A stretch of 64,000 bases of DNA from Ginglymostoma cirratum (taxonomy: Eukaryota). The stretch is from contig JAHRHZ010000069.1 in NCBI GenBank assembly GCA_024137785.1, positions 14,519,235-14,583,234 on the forward strand, read 5' to 3'. The position numbers and the translations under genes were made by a program. The notes below the pieces were generated by a model that had not been told where the DNA came from, searched no databases, and worked only from the letters and a program-made list of their open reading frames with translations. Positions 1-13,070 of this stretch are shown here, in pieces (positions within the stretch are counted from its first letter, which is position 1; every line of letters starts with the position of its first letter).

Positions 1-1620
1 GCACATGAAGAATGGTTATTTTGTGGGAGATATTGGTCAGATAGAGGGAAATGAATGCCTGTACCACTTTACATAGCTGGGGGTCAACACCTCACAAGGA
101 CTAATTATCTTTCTCTATAATCATTTGACAGTTTCTTAAGAGTGTACAGATGAATTGAATTCATAGTCTACCATACGGGTTTTAACGCAATAAAGGAAAA
201 ACAATATTGTATGTGACCAAAACTTTTAAACAAACAGAAAGTGTTCCAATCATTTGACAGAATTTTCCCTTTCCCTGCTGTGGCATGGATGATGGGAAAT
301 TAGGAAAATCTGAGGAGAATTGAAAAGAAAATCAAAATCTCAACACTGAGAAAAAGTTTTCCAGCTTTTCCTTTCAGCTTTGACCAGCAAATTCATTATT
401 TCACTATTAAACAGTAACCATCATATTTACATTAATTTGTATGTCATAATGAGCCCAACTCACGTTATTTCTATGCAACTTCCAACTGTCCTTTCCTTTC
501 CTAAAAAGCCTGGAAAGCCCAAATTCCCAATGTGTAAATCGGGATGAGTAATAGGCAGCTGTAGTTCCCTAATACCTGTCCTAGCAATCACCCAACTGTA
601 TGTACAGCACATTGTCCCTGCATGCCCCATGGCCACCATCCTCCTCAACTCTTTGTTCAAGCGAGTCAACATTAGCAAACAACCATCTTCCACACAATGT
701 TTGCTTCAGACCAACTCTCATACCACTTCAGCCCTTCACTACATTCCTTTAGCACTCAGTAACACCTATGACTTGTATACTTCTGCCAGATTGCTTTGGA
801 CACAGCGATATACATGCATCTTTGGGTTTACTTGGAGTTTGCAAATATCAATGTAGCTTACATTGATTTTGAGCACTGAGGGAGAGGCAAACACCTTTTC
901 ACAGTGGGCAGCACTGAACAGTCAAGGGCTGGAACATCTCACTATATGGCACTGAGCTTCATCAATGCCAACTCCTCAGCATGTTCCTGCAGCTCATGTG
1001 GCAAATACACCGCACAAAGCACCAAGAAAATGACCATGGCTAAAGAAGGTCAAAGTCCTTTGTAGGGTGAAGATGGACTATGATTAGTCAGAGAGTAGCA
1101 CTACACTCTGCCAAGATGCTTTTTCAATTCCAAAGCAGGGAATTGGATATCATCAGTCAGGCCTTTGGTCCTACCAGAAACTCAGGTTCTATGCCCTTCT
1201 ACTCCAAGGATTGGGCCAGGTTAGTCGTACAGTTCAAATGCAACTAGCCTGAGAATTACAGGTCAATCGATTAGGATGCTGTGGAGATGTCAGTGTGTGG
1301 GAAGGGCTGGATTTGACTGTCTCATTGTAGGAAAAAATATTAAAGGGTTTGAGTAAGAGGGTAGTGGATGGAAGAGCAGTTAACATTGATGTAGGAATTG
1401 TAGAGATAGGTAGATGTCCCCAATGAGTGAGGAGGAAGAGTAGAAGGCAGAAGGATCAGTAGTTTGGTCTGAATAAGGTAGGTCTCAGCCATTGAATGGA
1501 CAAGATACATAAAATAGTAAAAGCTGCAGTCCATGAGTCTTGGTGAGAGACAGTGGCAGAGTTAAACTGAGTGATGACCCTGTGAGTGTAAGATAGCTGA
1601 AAGAATATGGTAACATTTAC

Positions 1621-2150
1621 CCTTGCGGTGCAGAGATGACCATTCGCCTTCTCCCTGCACTGTTGGTCATTTCTTTTAGCATGTGAGACAGCACTGACCC
1701 AGACCGCTATCTGTATCTAGGCTGGCTGTCTCTGGTAGTGTAGCCTTGTGCAGTAGTCCACAAGAAAAGAAATGATGGCCCTTCTCTCCATCATCCTGTC
1801 TACCTCCAGATCCCTCACCATGAAGCAGGGTGTGAATTTTCCTTTTTGGATCATGTCCTCAGTGATAATGATCAAGTACCACAGTGTAAGGGGCAGTTCC
1901 TAAACTTCCTGCATACTAAAGTGTTGTGCAACTAAACATTAACTGTGGTGCTGGTGACATGAACATTGTGAGGTCACAGCAGTGGTGAGCACTTCCACTT
2001 CTCCTGTACGTGATTCCATTGAAGAACCCAGTTGCATTATAAATGAGGTGGAGAACAGAAGATTGCTTGAGAAAGTCACTGTGAGCCATGACTTAGTGCC
2101 ATGAATCTCATTTGACAACACATTTGAACTACAACTGGGAAAATTCAGTA
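1621..2150 (-). mobile_element. PIF/Harbinger transposon relic: terminal region plus Myb/SANT DNA-binding exon
   Basis: The minus strand 1854-1621 translates MIQKGKFTPCFMVRDLEVDRMMERRAIISF...QPA*IQIAVWVSAVSHAKRNDQQCREKANGHLCTAR, followed by a gtaaat donor. TAG replaces the conserved Trp. The end region shares motifs with 59900-60073. Confidence 0.75.
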
Positions 2151-5100
2151 CTGTTGTATTTATTTTGACGACTGGCGTAAATTATCAAGAAGTAATCTGT
2201 AAACTCAACGTTTTGTGCATAAAAGCCTTCACTGTGTAGTGTATCTTGCTTGTGCTTCTTTCAGTCATCACTATTCATTCCACTGTAACTGGGGCAGCAG
2301 GATGGTCTACAAGTTAGGCATCTCCTTTTCTCTCTCCTGAGATGGAATGCCTCATTTATGTGTCCCTGGGATCTGCCCCAGACTAACAGAATTCACTCGC
2401 AAGGCAGGAGAAGCTAACTGATAGGCAGCTCTGGGATTCAAACTCATGACCTTTATGTTGGGGGTTGAGCACTCAGCTGTTCAAGCTCCCAGATTTCCTC
2501 GTGATCATTTCTATTCTTGGGTTTTTCTGTGTTTCACTTTTAATGACCGGACAAACTGGATTTTTTTTTTTGGAAACTGTTTTGGAGTTTACCAACTATG
2601 ATGCAGCCTATAAAAGTAGGAATCAGTATGGAAGCCAGTCAGCATATATAAGGAAGTTAATTTGTTCGTTAGAGTGTGTACTGGGAAAGAAGTAAATGAA
2701 AGACTGATTTCACAGGCAAAATTGTGTGGTCGTTGCCTTGGTGAGTTGGCTATTGTTCAGAAACAAAAAGATCTTCATGGCTAAATTCCATCTGCAGTGG
2801 AGCCGCTGAAGTTCCATTTCAGTCATTTCCAGCTCAGTGTTGTGTAAATATGTTTTCATGTAAACAAAATCTCTTAGATGAAATATGTTGAACACCAAGC
2901 ATACTTGGTTTAAAATGATCTTATAACTACTGAACTAAGCAGTCTAGAGAATTATCCTTCTGAAACATCTAAACTATGCATTGTTAGTCCTTTAAAAATC
3001 TTAATAGGTTACCAATAATACTGCTTTTCAGATGAACTAATTTTAATCTCTGTTGTAATTCTGTCATTAGCTTAACACTATTGCATCTCTGTGGAAGGGT
3101 GTCATCTCATAAGCTTTTCCATAGATGATTCTCATCTTAGCTGACACTTGGAGTTGAGGTGCCGAGGAAGGCGCATTCACAGAAGGAGAGCAGGTGAATT
3201 GCCTTGTTTTGTCCATTCAAATCCCATGAACAGTTAATGAACAGCACCAGCATCGAGCATATTGCTGGGTGATGATATGATGGTTGTAATCTAATCTCAG
3301 GATGCACATCATGATTTTAAACTGTTCTTGGAATTCATTCCACCAACTGAACTTTTAGATTAGATTACTAAGACATTGGTATGTAGAGGGAAAAGTAAAT
3401 TCAAGGAATAAAAAAGCCACATTCAGAGAAGTTTGATTTGAGTTTACACATTTATTTCCATGGCATACTGAACAAGTGCTCCTAACTAGCATTGGTTGAA
3501 TTTATTGAGTTAGAATAGATTATTTTGTTCAGAGCTGTTGGATGAAATAAGGTCTAATTATTTTTACTGAATACTGCCACAATTCTTTACGTAATTGTTT
3601 ACACTAAATAAAACAAACATCACTGTAGATTTCATAAGGTAACATTTCTTCTGTCCTCTTTTACATAGTAATAAAACTATTTTCTGATAACATTTATGTT
3701 TGTATGGTTTTCTGATAATGGAATGACAAATAAATGCTGCAGTGTCATGTAATTCTTACCAATCCTCAGTGCTTGCAGCTGGAAATGTGAGTAAAATACA
3801 CTGAATAAGAATTACCTTTCTTGGTATTCAAGGCTGTCATTGTAAAATAATCCTCCCTACTTTGATAAAATAGAGATGATCTTCTATAATAATAATATAA
3901 TAGTTACAGGTAGAGGAGGAAAAATACCAAGCAAATGTTTTGTATTGAAATGCAGAAGTAAATATTTAAATATGTAGACTATGTCGAAAGGATTAGAAAA
4001 GACGATGACAGCTGATGTTTGCCTCGAAAACCTAGCTAGACTGGCTTTCTGTGTCAGAGACCGAAGGAAGGGCTAAAAGGAAGTCACAGTATTGCTGGCA
4101 TAAATAACAACATCAGTAAGCAAATTAAAAGCTGCAGTTCCCTTTCCCTTGTTCCTGGTTGTATGTGGAAAATTGTGATTCTTAAAAGTTCCATATTTCA
4201 AGACTTGCACTACTTTTGCCAAACCTAAAAGGCTCCACACTGAGGCCTCTTTCCAAAAGCTTAGATCCAGCTGGATTTCTATCTGAACTAAAGCTTAGTC
4301 CATCCCTGTATCTCTGCAAGAGATTTGCTTGACCTCCAACAATTAGTTTTATCAAACTTTATCCTTTGTTTCACAGATGATTTGACAAAAAGGGTTTTTT
4401 TCTCTCTTTTTCATAACATCTTCGTAGACCTGCATGTTTGCTCTTGCCTTATTTGTCTACAAGTGCGTGTTTGGGTTTGAGGGGTATATGATTTGAGTTT
4501 GTATAATAGTAATTTTTAACTTATTTTGCTATTTGTTAAAGAGTAACGTTGTTCATAACAACTAAGATTTTGTCTTTATCTATGAAATCTTTTGTCCTAG
4601 ATAACAAGAATAGTAAAGGTAATTTCAGAAAAGTAAATTTAACCACCTTGATGATTTTATTGCACTTTTACATTTCGGGACTTCTCATGGTGCATTAGGG
4701 TCTGATCACTACACACCCTGCTCACCAGATTCAGAACACGGTTCAGTTCAGAAAACACCAGAGGTGAAATCAGAAACAACTTTTAGTTTCTCTCTTAGTG
4801 GGAGATTTTCATTCACTCCAGAAGAAGTGTCTAGTTTGTGTAGCTTTCTAGCCAGTAGAGTTGGATAACATTTCTACAAGTTGTTGAAACTGAGATTTGT
4901 GAAGTGTTCATGTTAACAGGCTCTGAAAGGATTCATCAAATTGTTTCCAAAGTCCATGGAAAAGAACTTGGAATGAGTCAGTTCAGTAAAAAACTCAATA
5001 ACTGTGTAATTTCTTTGGTCTTGAGTCTCTGTAATAGATGGTAAGGGTAACATATCATGATCTTTCTAACTTTTTTTAAAAATATATGCATATGTCGATG

Positions 5101-6209
5101 TGTATTCTATACTGGGTAGTTTCTACACTCTCATCAGAACTAAAGAACATGCAAACCCATCATTTACTGTAACCTTTTCAGGAAAGCTTTCTTTGGAAGT
5201 TGTGCATTCTGTAAGAACCCAAAACAAGTCTGAACAAGCCCACAAACCGGCCTGGTGACTCACTAATTCTGATTTGTCTCTTAAAGGGACACTGTCCCAA
5301 TGTAACAGGTCAAAACTATAAAACATCATCTGCAGCTTGGTCTATTTGTTTGATTTCTATTGTGTCATAACCTCATGCTCAATTTTTAAAGAAATGTCTA
5401 CAGGCTCATGTGAATACATTTTAGTGATGAATCATCATATTAACAAAAAAGAAATAAATATATGATTCATCAAGCCAAGTTTCATTCTGGGATCTGACCA
5501 GTCCAATAGCACATTCATGTGATCATAAAATATCGGTTATTTATTAAGCAGTGAAATAGTAAGAGCTACCAAAGTGTATTTGTTCAGTTCTTGGAATATT
5601 TATGCAAAAAGACATTTCACTCCTACACTGCCATGTCTGATGTATACATAAATCCTTGCTATCCATGAGGGATAGGAGATAGCCTCCCATTAGAATACAG
5701 CTATAATGAAAATCCCCTATCTACTTGGAAGGACTTTATCATCTGTGAGGGCCGTCAGTGGCGATAAAAGATCAGGTCTGGGGCCAAAGGCAAAAGTATA
5801 TGGATCCACAGGTAGTGAAGATGGCGTGTATTATCAGACTTATATTTAAAGTTTTAGGCTTAATTTATAGTTGTATCATTGTCTTGTGTGGGATCTACCT
5901 TAACTAATACTTATAGTTTGAAAAGATCTTTATAACTATTCATGAAACTGAATTCCCACCATGGCGGGATCAAACCCAGGTTTCTGGAACATTAAGTGCA
6001 TCCCTGAACTAATTGTCTCACGATAATGCCATGAGGTGATCAACCACCACCTCCCCCACCCCCCCGACTTTTGATTCATCCCAGTCTGATGGGCAGCAGT
6101 ATATCTGTTTGAAGAATTTTAGGGTCCAGCAAAGTGGACTTAAGACAAGTGTACCGTTACATAATTTGACAGGTTTATCCCAGATTAGTGAATTAGTTGT
6201 TTTTGGGGA

Positions 6210-6532
6210 GGAAAGTGCGAGCACAAGAATTCAGCCCCTCGAGCCTGCCCCACCATTTGAAATGATGATGGCTAATCTCATCTCAGCCTTAACTCCACTT
6301 TGCTGACCATTTCCCATAACCCTTTAACTCATTACTAACTAAAAACCTGTTGATCTCCTCCTTAAATTGTTTTCAGTATCCCTCCGTCCACTTCACTCTG
6401 AAATTGTAAATTCATGGATTCACAGATCTTTGAGAGATGTATTTCCTCCCCTCATTCTCTGTTTCAAATCTACTATCCCTTAGCCTAAAACTATGACCTC
6501 CCATTCCAGATTGTCTTGAAAGGGGAAACATT
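6210..6532 (-). mobile_element. CR1 3' end fragment
   Basis: attcagcccctcgagcctgccccaccatt...atgatggctaatct, homologous to 20330-20500. Confidence 0.7.
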
Positions 6533-7247
6533 CCAGGACAGCAAATCAGGTGGTTCAAGGAATGACTCTTCTTCATTTTTCATTAATTTTTACAGACAGA
6601 AAAATAAATATTTGGGAGATGCACTTGGTTTTAGTAGAAACTGAGTTATCATAAAGAAACTTCATATTTAAAAATGTAGAGTTGTGTCAGAGAAATTTGA
6701 AATTCTACAAATGTGGATTTGGTTTTGGGGATCAGTAGGACACTTTACCATTGAGCGACCAAGATGATTGAAAACCCAATTACAACTCATTCAATAAGGT
6801 GTAACTTTTTCGAGAGTTTTCAGGCAAGACCAGTCACCAAAAAGGGAACTTTCTTCTCAGTTCAGTGATTTTAATTTGATTATAGACTGGCGGGGGCAGG
6901 GGGAGGGGTGTGGAGCTAGTCTTTAGCAATGTACCACGTGGAAACTGGGAATCATTGACAGCAACTTTCCGACTTCAACATTTATCTGCACATATGCCCA
7001 GCCTAGACAGTGCTGTTGGCTTCAGAGAGTAATGACAGTCCAAAATCCTGGCTCTATTAAGACAGACTTGACATTCTTCCACCACACACATTGAATACTC
7101 TCTGTTGGAGAGAATAAAATACTTTCACCAATTTTATTTTAGCATTTATTTCCAACATTGGATGAATGATAGGCAAAGTCACTTCTGTGCATTATTTAAA
7201 AGTTATTTTTGCAATTCTAAATAACTGCATTTTGTTTCTGTTCACAG

Positions 7248-7351
7248 ATCCAGATGGCGGAAGATCTGGAACTTCAGCATCAAATGCCTGCACACTGTCA
7301 GCCTTTAGCACTATAGTGCTGTCCCTGTCAGCTAGATCAGCATTATGGTGA
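7248..7351 (+). CDS. Terminal coding exon of a contactin (CNTN3/CNTN4-like), encoding the GPI-anchor signal
   Basis: Polypyrimidine tract and acceptor (tttgtttctgttcacag) ending at 7247. The phase-1 exon reads [34 protein letters not shown], closely matching the recalled human CNTN4 C-terminus ([28 protein letters not shown]). It lies upstream of a PDZRN3-like gene, as CNTN3 does in tetrapods. No upstream contactin exons were recognised in 1-7247. Confidence 0.88.
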
Positions 7352-8640
7352 AAGCATACACTGACCTACCTAACATCATATAATCAGTCAACAATCTAAA
7401 GACTTATGAGTAAATCTGCAAATTTTGCTAGTGTGCATTTAATAACTCACCAATGTTATCTTTTCCTATAAGTCTTTATTATGGTATGCCTTGTCATTTC
7501 AAATTTATGTGGACATACCTATAATTACAAATACAATTCACCCATCAAATTAAGTTGAGAGATTTGTTCTTTGCCTGAGGTTTCCTTTGGGTTTTTCAAA
7601 TGCACTAAAGTCAACATCTGAAAAACATCAGAGATATGATGTTACCAAAGCGTGCAATCTAATAATTGCATATAATGTACAGATGGTTATATTTATACAT
7701 GTGAAATGTTCAATATTTTCAAAGTTATGATTTAACACAATTTGTTGATGTTATTTGGAATGTGTTGTAGCTTTTTAACATTGTAATACAATTTTCAAAC
7801 TTGTCACCGATACCTGAATTCACTGTTGCTTGTACTAAAATAGGAGATTTAACCAGATAACATTGGTGCAATAGCTATACCTTAAATAACAAAGGTTTCT
7901 CTGAAATATCCAGGTGCAGTCATAACAAATGAAAAGTAAAATATATGTATTTATTTCCACATTTCACATCACCTTCCAACTTTTTCTTATTTGAAATACC
8001 TTTATTTTTGCTGCAGCAAGCAAGACAGAACCTGGATTATCAAGTGTATTCTAATGTAGTTGGAACCAATGAAATTAAATTAAATTTAATGATGGTAAAG
8101 TCTAAAATTAATTAGTAGGTATGCATTGGTATAAGTGTAATATGCAGCATATTTACAAAGTCGATGACATGGTGGCGGGATTGCGGGGTGGGGGAAGAAA
8201 CAAGTCAACAAATCAAAAAGGTAAATGATATCAAAATCTGTGATGTTGCATGTGAAGGTGCATTTATATTGCTGTTAAATTAATGCACATAAAGTCTGAC
8301 AGTGCATATTTGTAAATATATGTCAGGAGCAACATCACTTTACAAAAAGCTCTGTTACTAGAATAGTTGTAAAGGTGAGCTGAAGTCAGTTTGTTTACCA
8401 AATTAAATCTGTATTGTTGTTCTAGTCTTTTAATAGTTTGATCTACTTTCCAAAAAATAATTGTTTACAGCTATGTTTTTTAAACTTCAAATCTGTTTTA
8501 TATTTTTCATTCGTCTGTTATGACTGGCCACTGTTAACGTAGGCAGCAGTATTTACATTTAAATATTGTTTGCTTAATTCTGTAAATAGTAATTTGACAG
8601 AATCCTTTGAAATAAATCTGTCTTGAAACAGTTTTCCCCC
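7352..8640 (+). other. Probable 3' UTR of the contactin gene
   Basis: AU-rich stretch with no recognisable repeats after the TGA. TGTAAATA motifs at 8311 and 8581, AATAAA at 8611. Confidence 0.6.
8611..8616 (+). terminator. Candidate polyadenylation signal AATAAA
   Basis: Canonical hexamer at the end of the AU-rich tract, preceded by UGUA elements; repeat-derived DNA begins shortly after. Confidence 0.5.
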
Positions 8641-9984
8641 TATTATCCTCCTCTTAATAATCCCAATTTGTAGTAGACAGCTGACATTTCATGATCCCAT
8701 CTTTTTACCAGATGCAGTCAGGATATATGTCGGGTGCCAAGACTGAGACATACACAATTGTAATTTCAGTGATAACTCAAATTTAGAACTGGGATTTTAG
8801 TGCATACTGAGATTGAACACTGTGCATACATGGTATGAGTTTCTGTAGCATTGCTCATAGTATCATTTTGGATGTTCAAATTATTTTTGTTTAATTCTGA
8901 TTTTTGCTTTTTTTCTTCTATCCCAATTCCCTGTCCCTCAATCCAATCATTCCTTCCGGTCTTTCTTTCCCTTTCTACACTTGACCTTGACATTGATTCA
9001 CAAATTCCTCTTTACAAGTCAGTTCAAGCTCTGTTTGTTTCACAATTATTAAAACCAAATTGGTAAAGGAGCTCTCCCCATTCCTTGTCTTGTTTGCTCA
9101 GTTTCCTTTCCCCATTTTCTTTTATTGCCCGGTTATAGACATTTAACTATGTTACATAGTTCATTGTTATCAAAAGATACAAATCATATGAATATAATAG
9201 CATTAATAGATTTTTCCTTCTTGTTTAGAAAACAATCTGAAGATTTGTGTCATTTTTTGACTCTCCTCAAAGTCCATATTCAGAGGTTTTTTTTCTATTT
9301 TGGACCTGCAATGGCTGGCTCTCCCCATCAGATTGTTAAAGAACGTAGGTTACCAAAGTTCTGTGAGGGTTGGCGTGGACATGTTGGGCCGAAGGGCCTG
9401 TTTTCACACTGTAGGGATTCTATGATTCCATGATACCCTCTGAATATCACTATTCTGCACAAATTAAGACGTATTAGCCTCTCTAGTTGGACACTGGTAC
9501 CTGATAAAAGCATACCATGTCTGTGAGGACAAAGCTGGATTTGCATGGCAAGAAGCAAAGATCCCCTGTTCTTATTGGGTCTCAGTCTAACATTCCACTG
9601 CAATGGAAGTTGAGACATTGACCATTGACACTGCACCAGAGTTAGGAATGCGGAAGCTCGAATTAATGGGTCTAAGCCTTGCAGCATTGGGTAAGTGTAG
9701 GAGGGTGAGGTAGAATGTATGAATGTTCAGTATGAGTCCTGTTTGACAGGCATTGTATGTGGTCAACATTGTTGATGAATGACTGATGAGGGTATGTCCG
9801 TGTTTGGTGTCTGCTGGGAGGAATTGGCATTCTTCTTGTCTTGATCACTTTTTGATTACTCATGTTGAGGTTAAAAAAACCTTTCCTAGTGATGCATTAA
9901 TAACACTACAAGTCTATCTGAACTTCATGATACAATCTTGTTCACCAAAAGTTGGAAACCCATGTGTTCACGAACCCAACTTTA

Positions 9985-10052
9985 GAAATGAGAAACAAAG
10001 ACAGAAATTGCTGGAAAAGCTCAGCAGACCTGGGAGCATCTGTGGAGAGGCT
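9985..10052 (-). repeat. Fragment of the 28065-type Penelope-related repeat (another at about 57825-57870, opposite strand)
   Basis: acagaaattgctggaaaagctcagcagacctgggagcatctgtggagag matches 28110-28155. Confidence 0.55.
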
Positions 10053-10350
10053 AACTTTTATAAAGGGGAGGTTGACGCCCCCTGGGTCCCTGAGAACTGA
10101 AACCAAAACATCCAAAGAGGAGCACCTCGCCCTATGATCTGTTAAAAAGGAGTGTGAAAAGTGGTGTAACCTGCCTTTCAGCAACTTCTAGCGGTGAACT
10201 AAAATAAACCCCTGACACTCACTTTACAATCAACAAGTAGCAATTTATTTATCCAACTCTAACAGTGAACAAATTAACTAAACTATTAACAAACTAAATA
10301 AACCCCATCTAACTACTGACTATTCCTAAATAAAACAAGATTCTAATGGT

Positions 10351-10917
10351 GATAACAAGGTGTGGAGCTGGATGAACACAGCAGGCCAAGCAGCATCATA
10401 GGAGCAGGAAAGCTTGACGTTTTGGGCCATNNNNNNNNNNNNNNNNNNNNNNNNNNNNNNNNNNNNNNNNNNNNNNNNNNNNNNNNNNNNNNNNNNNNNN
10501 NNNNNNNNNNNNNNNNNNNNNNNNNNNNNNNNNNNNNNNNNNNNNNNNNNNNNNNNNNNNNNNNNNNNNNNNNNNNNNNNNNNNNNNNNNNNNNNNNNNN
10601 NNNNNNNNNNNNNNNNNNNNNNNNNNNNNNNNNNNNNNNNNNNNNNNNNNNNNNNNNNNNNNNNNNNNNNNNNNNNNNNNNNNNNNNNNNNNNNNNNNNN
10701 NNNNNNNNNNNNNNNNNNNNNNNNNNNNNNNNNNNNNNNNNNNNNNNNNNNNNNNNNNNNNNNNNNNNNNNNNNNNNNNNNNNNNNNNNNNNNNNNNNNN
10801 NNNNNNNNNNNNNNNNNNNNNNNNNNNNNNCTATGATGCTGCTTGGCCTGCTGTGTTTGTCCAGCTCCACACCTTGTTATCTTGGATTCTCCAGCGTCTG
10901 CAGTACCTATTATATCT
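10351..10917. mobile_element. Penelope-type element with inverted termini spanning an assembly gap
   Basis: 10351-10402 is the near reverse complement of 10831-10881. Flanked by the exact 14-bp direct repeat AAGATTCTAATGGT (10337-10350, 10918-10931). Confidence 0.75.
10431..10830. other. Assembly gap (400 N)
   Basis: Run of N. Confidence 0.99.
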
Positions 10918-11919
10918 AAGATTCTAATGGTATGCTCTTCCAATAAGTGCTTACATAAAATAAAAAAACATAGACTTTCGTCTCTCAAAATTACAGCCAG
11001 GTTACGTGTCTTCCAGAATGCTCTGTGCCTTTTCGGTTGAAAGTTCTATCAGGATTGCCTTCTCCGTCGATTCATCTGTCAGGAACATTAACTAGTTGTG
11101 CCATAGGTAAGGTTAAGACTTAAAGAAAACTGTGAGAGCCCGCAATTCTCCCATGCAAGCTGAGAGCTGTTAACGCTAACAGATGGCAGTTAGTTCTCTT
11201 GTCTTTATCCAACTGCCCTCTCCTTTTATACCCTTGATGACATGTCATTTTCTTACAATAGGTTTGGTCATACGTTGTCAAAACCATTAGATTTAAATTT
11301 GATTGTTTTTTGGAACCTAAGTGCTTAGTTCAAATTGATTGGCCAAATTCAAAACTTGTTGTCTTGGTCACAAAACAAAACTGCTGCTTGGCCTGCTAAC
11401 CGTACAGCCTTTTAATAAAAATGTTTTAATTCAAGTACTCTCTGCACACCTGTAAACCCACAAGATGCTGCCCATAGATATCCTTTTTGAATCTCTAGAA
11501 AAAGAAAAAGCATAGAAAAAGCACATAATTTTTTAAAGGGACCACGCACTGCTTCTCCCCGCCACGAGCATTTTCCAAACTTTCTGCCTCCCAATTCACA
11601 AATACTCCACCCAACTTTGCAGCATAACATTTTGGATTGAGTGACCCTTGCTTCTATATGATGAATGTAGCTGGTAGGATAGACTGCTTCCTCCAAGATC
11701 CAGTGATTACAGACTTCTTTACTTATTTGACATATTCATAACCAAGACGTTTCTTTCCACAAACCTTTAGTTTGAGGGCTGCCCATAGTGAGCCAGCCAT
11801 ACTCACTGATACCAATAAACCTGACAGGGGCAGCCAAGTGGGGCTAAAACCAAAAGAGTGCTCAACTCAAAAGGTCATCTTTCGTAATCGTGCCCTTGAG
11901 CCATGCAAGCCTTTGGTAG

Positions 11920-12270
11920 AAATTTGTCAGATGTGACCTTCTCCTGACTGGGAAGAAACATCAGTGACTTGACGTTGCATGAACTGCTGAGTGTTGGAAA
12001 TCCTTTAATGTTTTAAAGGTGGATCCTGGCAGATACCTCAGAGGCATTAGCCCAGTCGTGCCAGTAGTACTACTTGGTAGCTACAATGAAGTAACGATAA
12101 ACTGCACAAGGCATTTGATGGAAATGCATGGTATCCTTCCCCACTTCAGATGTCTTGGTTCTCTCCCACAAAATTAAGGATTGTCTGAGCATTCAGGTTG
12201 ATGGGATGACATCCCAATTCCTGGTCCTTTATGGGGCACATTCTCCTGCAATGTGTTAAAGGGATGGATT
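11920..12270 (+). mobile_element. Harbinger transposase relic, C-terminal catalytic part
   Basis: WILAD followed by YNEVTINCTRHLMEMHGILPHFRCL, resembling WLLGD...YN..H..TR..IE..FG.LK.RFRCL. Confidence 0.6.
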
Positions 12271-12749
12271 GAGTGAGATAAAAGTGGCTGGCACAACTGT
12301 TAATGTTGGTGCAGTATAGGTGATGAGATTTCACAGGTGAGTGAGAAGGAAACACAGGAGGCAGTAGTTTTGGAGGAATGAGGTGGGTGAAAGCTATTGA
12401 ATGGCGATGTTGCATTGAGCGATGTGAGTGGTAGACCAAGGGTCTTAGTAAGATATGGCTGCAATGGCAATATGTGGTTGTGGAGATCACAATTTTTTTT
12501 TAAGTTCTGATTTTTCTTTGCTTTTTTCTTCCATGGCAATTCCCTGTCCCTGTCAATTCCCTGTCCCTCAATCCAATCCTTATTTCCTCTCTTTCTTTCT
12601 CTTTCTACTCCTGAGTTGAAATTGATTCACAAATTCTACTTTATGACTCAGTTCAAGTTCTGTTAATTTCACAATTCTTAAATCCGAATTGGTTAGGGAG
12701 AGAATGGAGGCAGCTCAAGCTGGGATGCTGAGAATTCTACATCATCCAT

Positions 12750-13070
12750 TCCATGGATATTGACCAAATGGAACTCTTTACTATTCATGCAGTCGGTTGT
12801 GTTATGATATGGCACTCACAACACAAGATGACTAAGTCTATAGCAGCCTGCCCTAGCAGAAGCCAGCTATGTTGACAAAGGCCACAGCCCAAGCTATAAC
12901 ACACACTGCGTCACAGGGAAATGAGATGAAGCAGTGTGATCTTGCAGTGTGATCTTTGATGCTTTTGTGGGTTGAGGATTGACAGAACCTGCACAAATCC
13001 CCGGTTGATCCTTGGAAGCAGCCAGTTGCATCCAAGTTAAATGCTGCTGTCACCTTAATGGCTCCCCACC
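12750..13070 (-). mobile_element. Harbinger (HARBI1-type DDE) transposase relic, N-terminal/catalytic part
   Basis: KVTAAFNLDATGCFQGSTGDLCRFCQSSTHKSIK...FISFP...AFVNIAGF, then QAAID and MNSKEFHLVNI. These are degenerate forms of ATGSFQ..GD..GISQ, IAGFP...GAID and NRKGFHSLNVQ. Confidence 0.8.

Larger units (their letters stand above)
10060..11560 (-). repeat. Possible solo LTR-like repeat hosting the Penelope insert
   Basis: General LTR-like organisation only (minus-strand AATAAA and TATA-like tataaaa). Similar-looking blocks at about 3980-4740, 24567-25300 and 34330-35150. Boundaries not verified. Confidence 0.3.

Noticed and set aside
1-7247. Upstream contactin fibronectin-III exons
   Set aside because: No segment translated to recognisable FNIII sequence; likely upstream of the window, though a short exon could have been missed.
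10326-10988. Long ORFs containing X runs (also 47610-48063)
   Set aside because: Artefacts of translating through N gaps.
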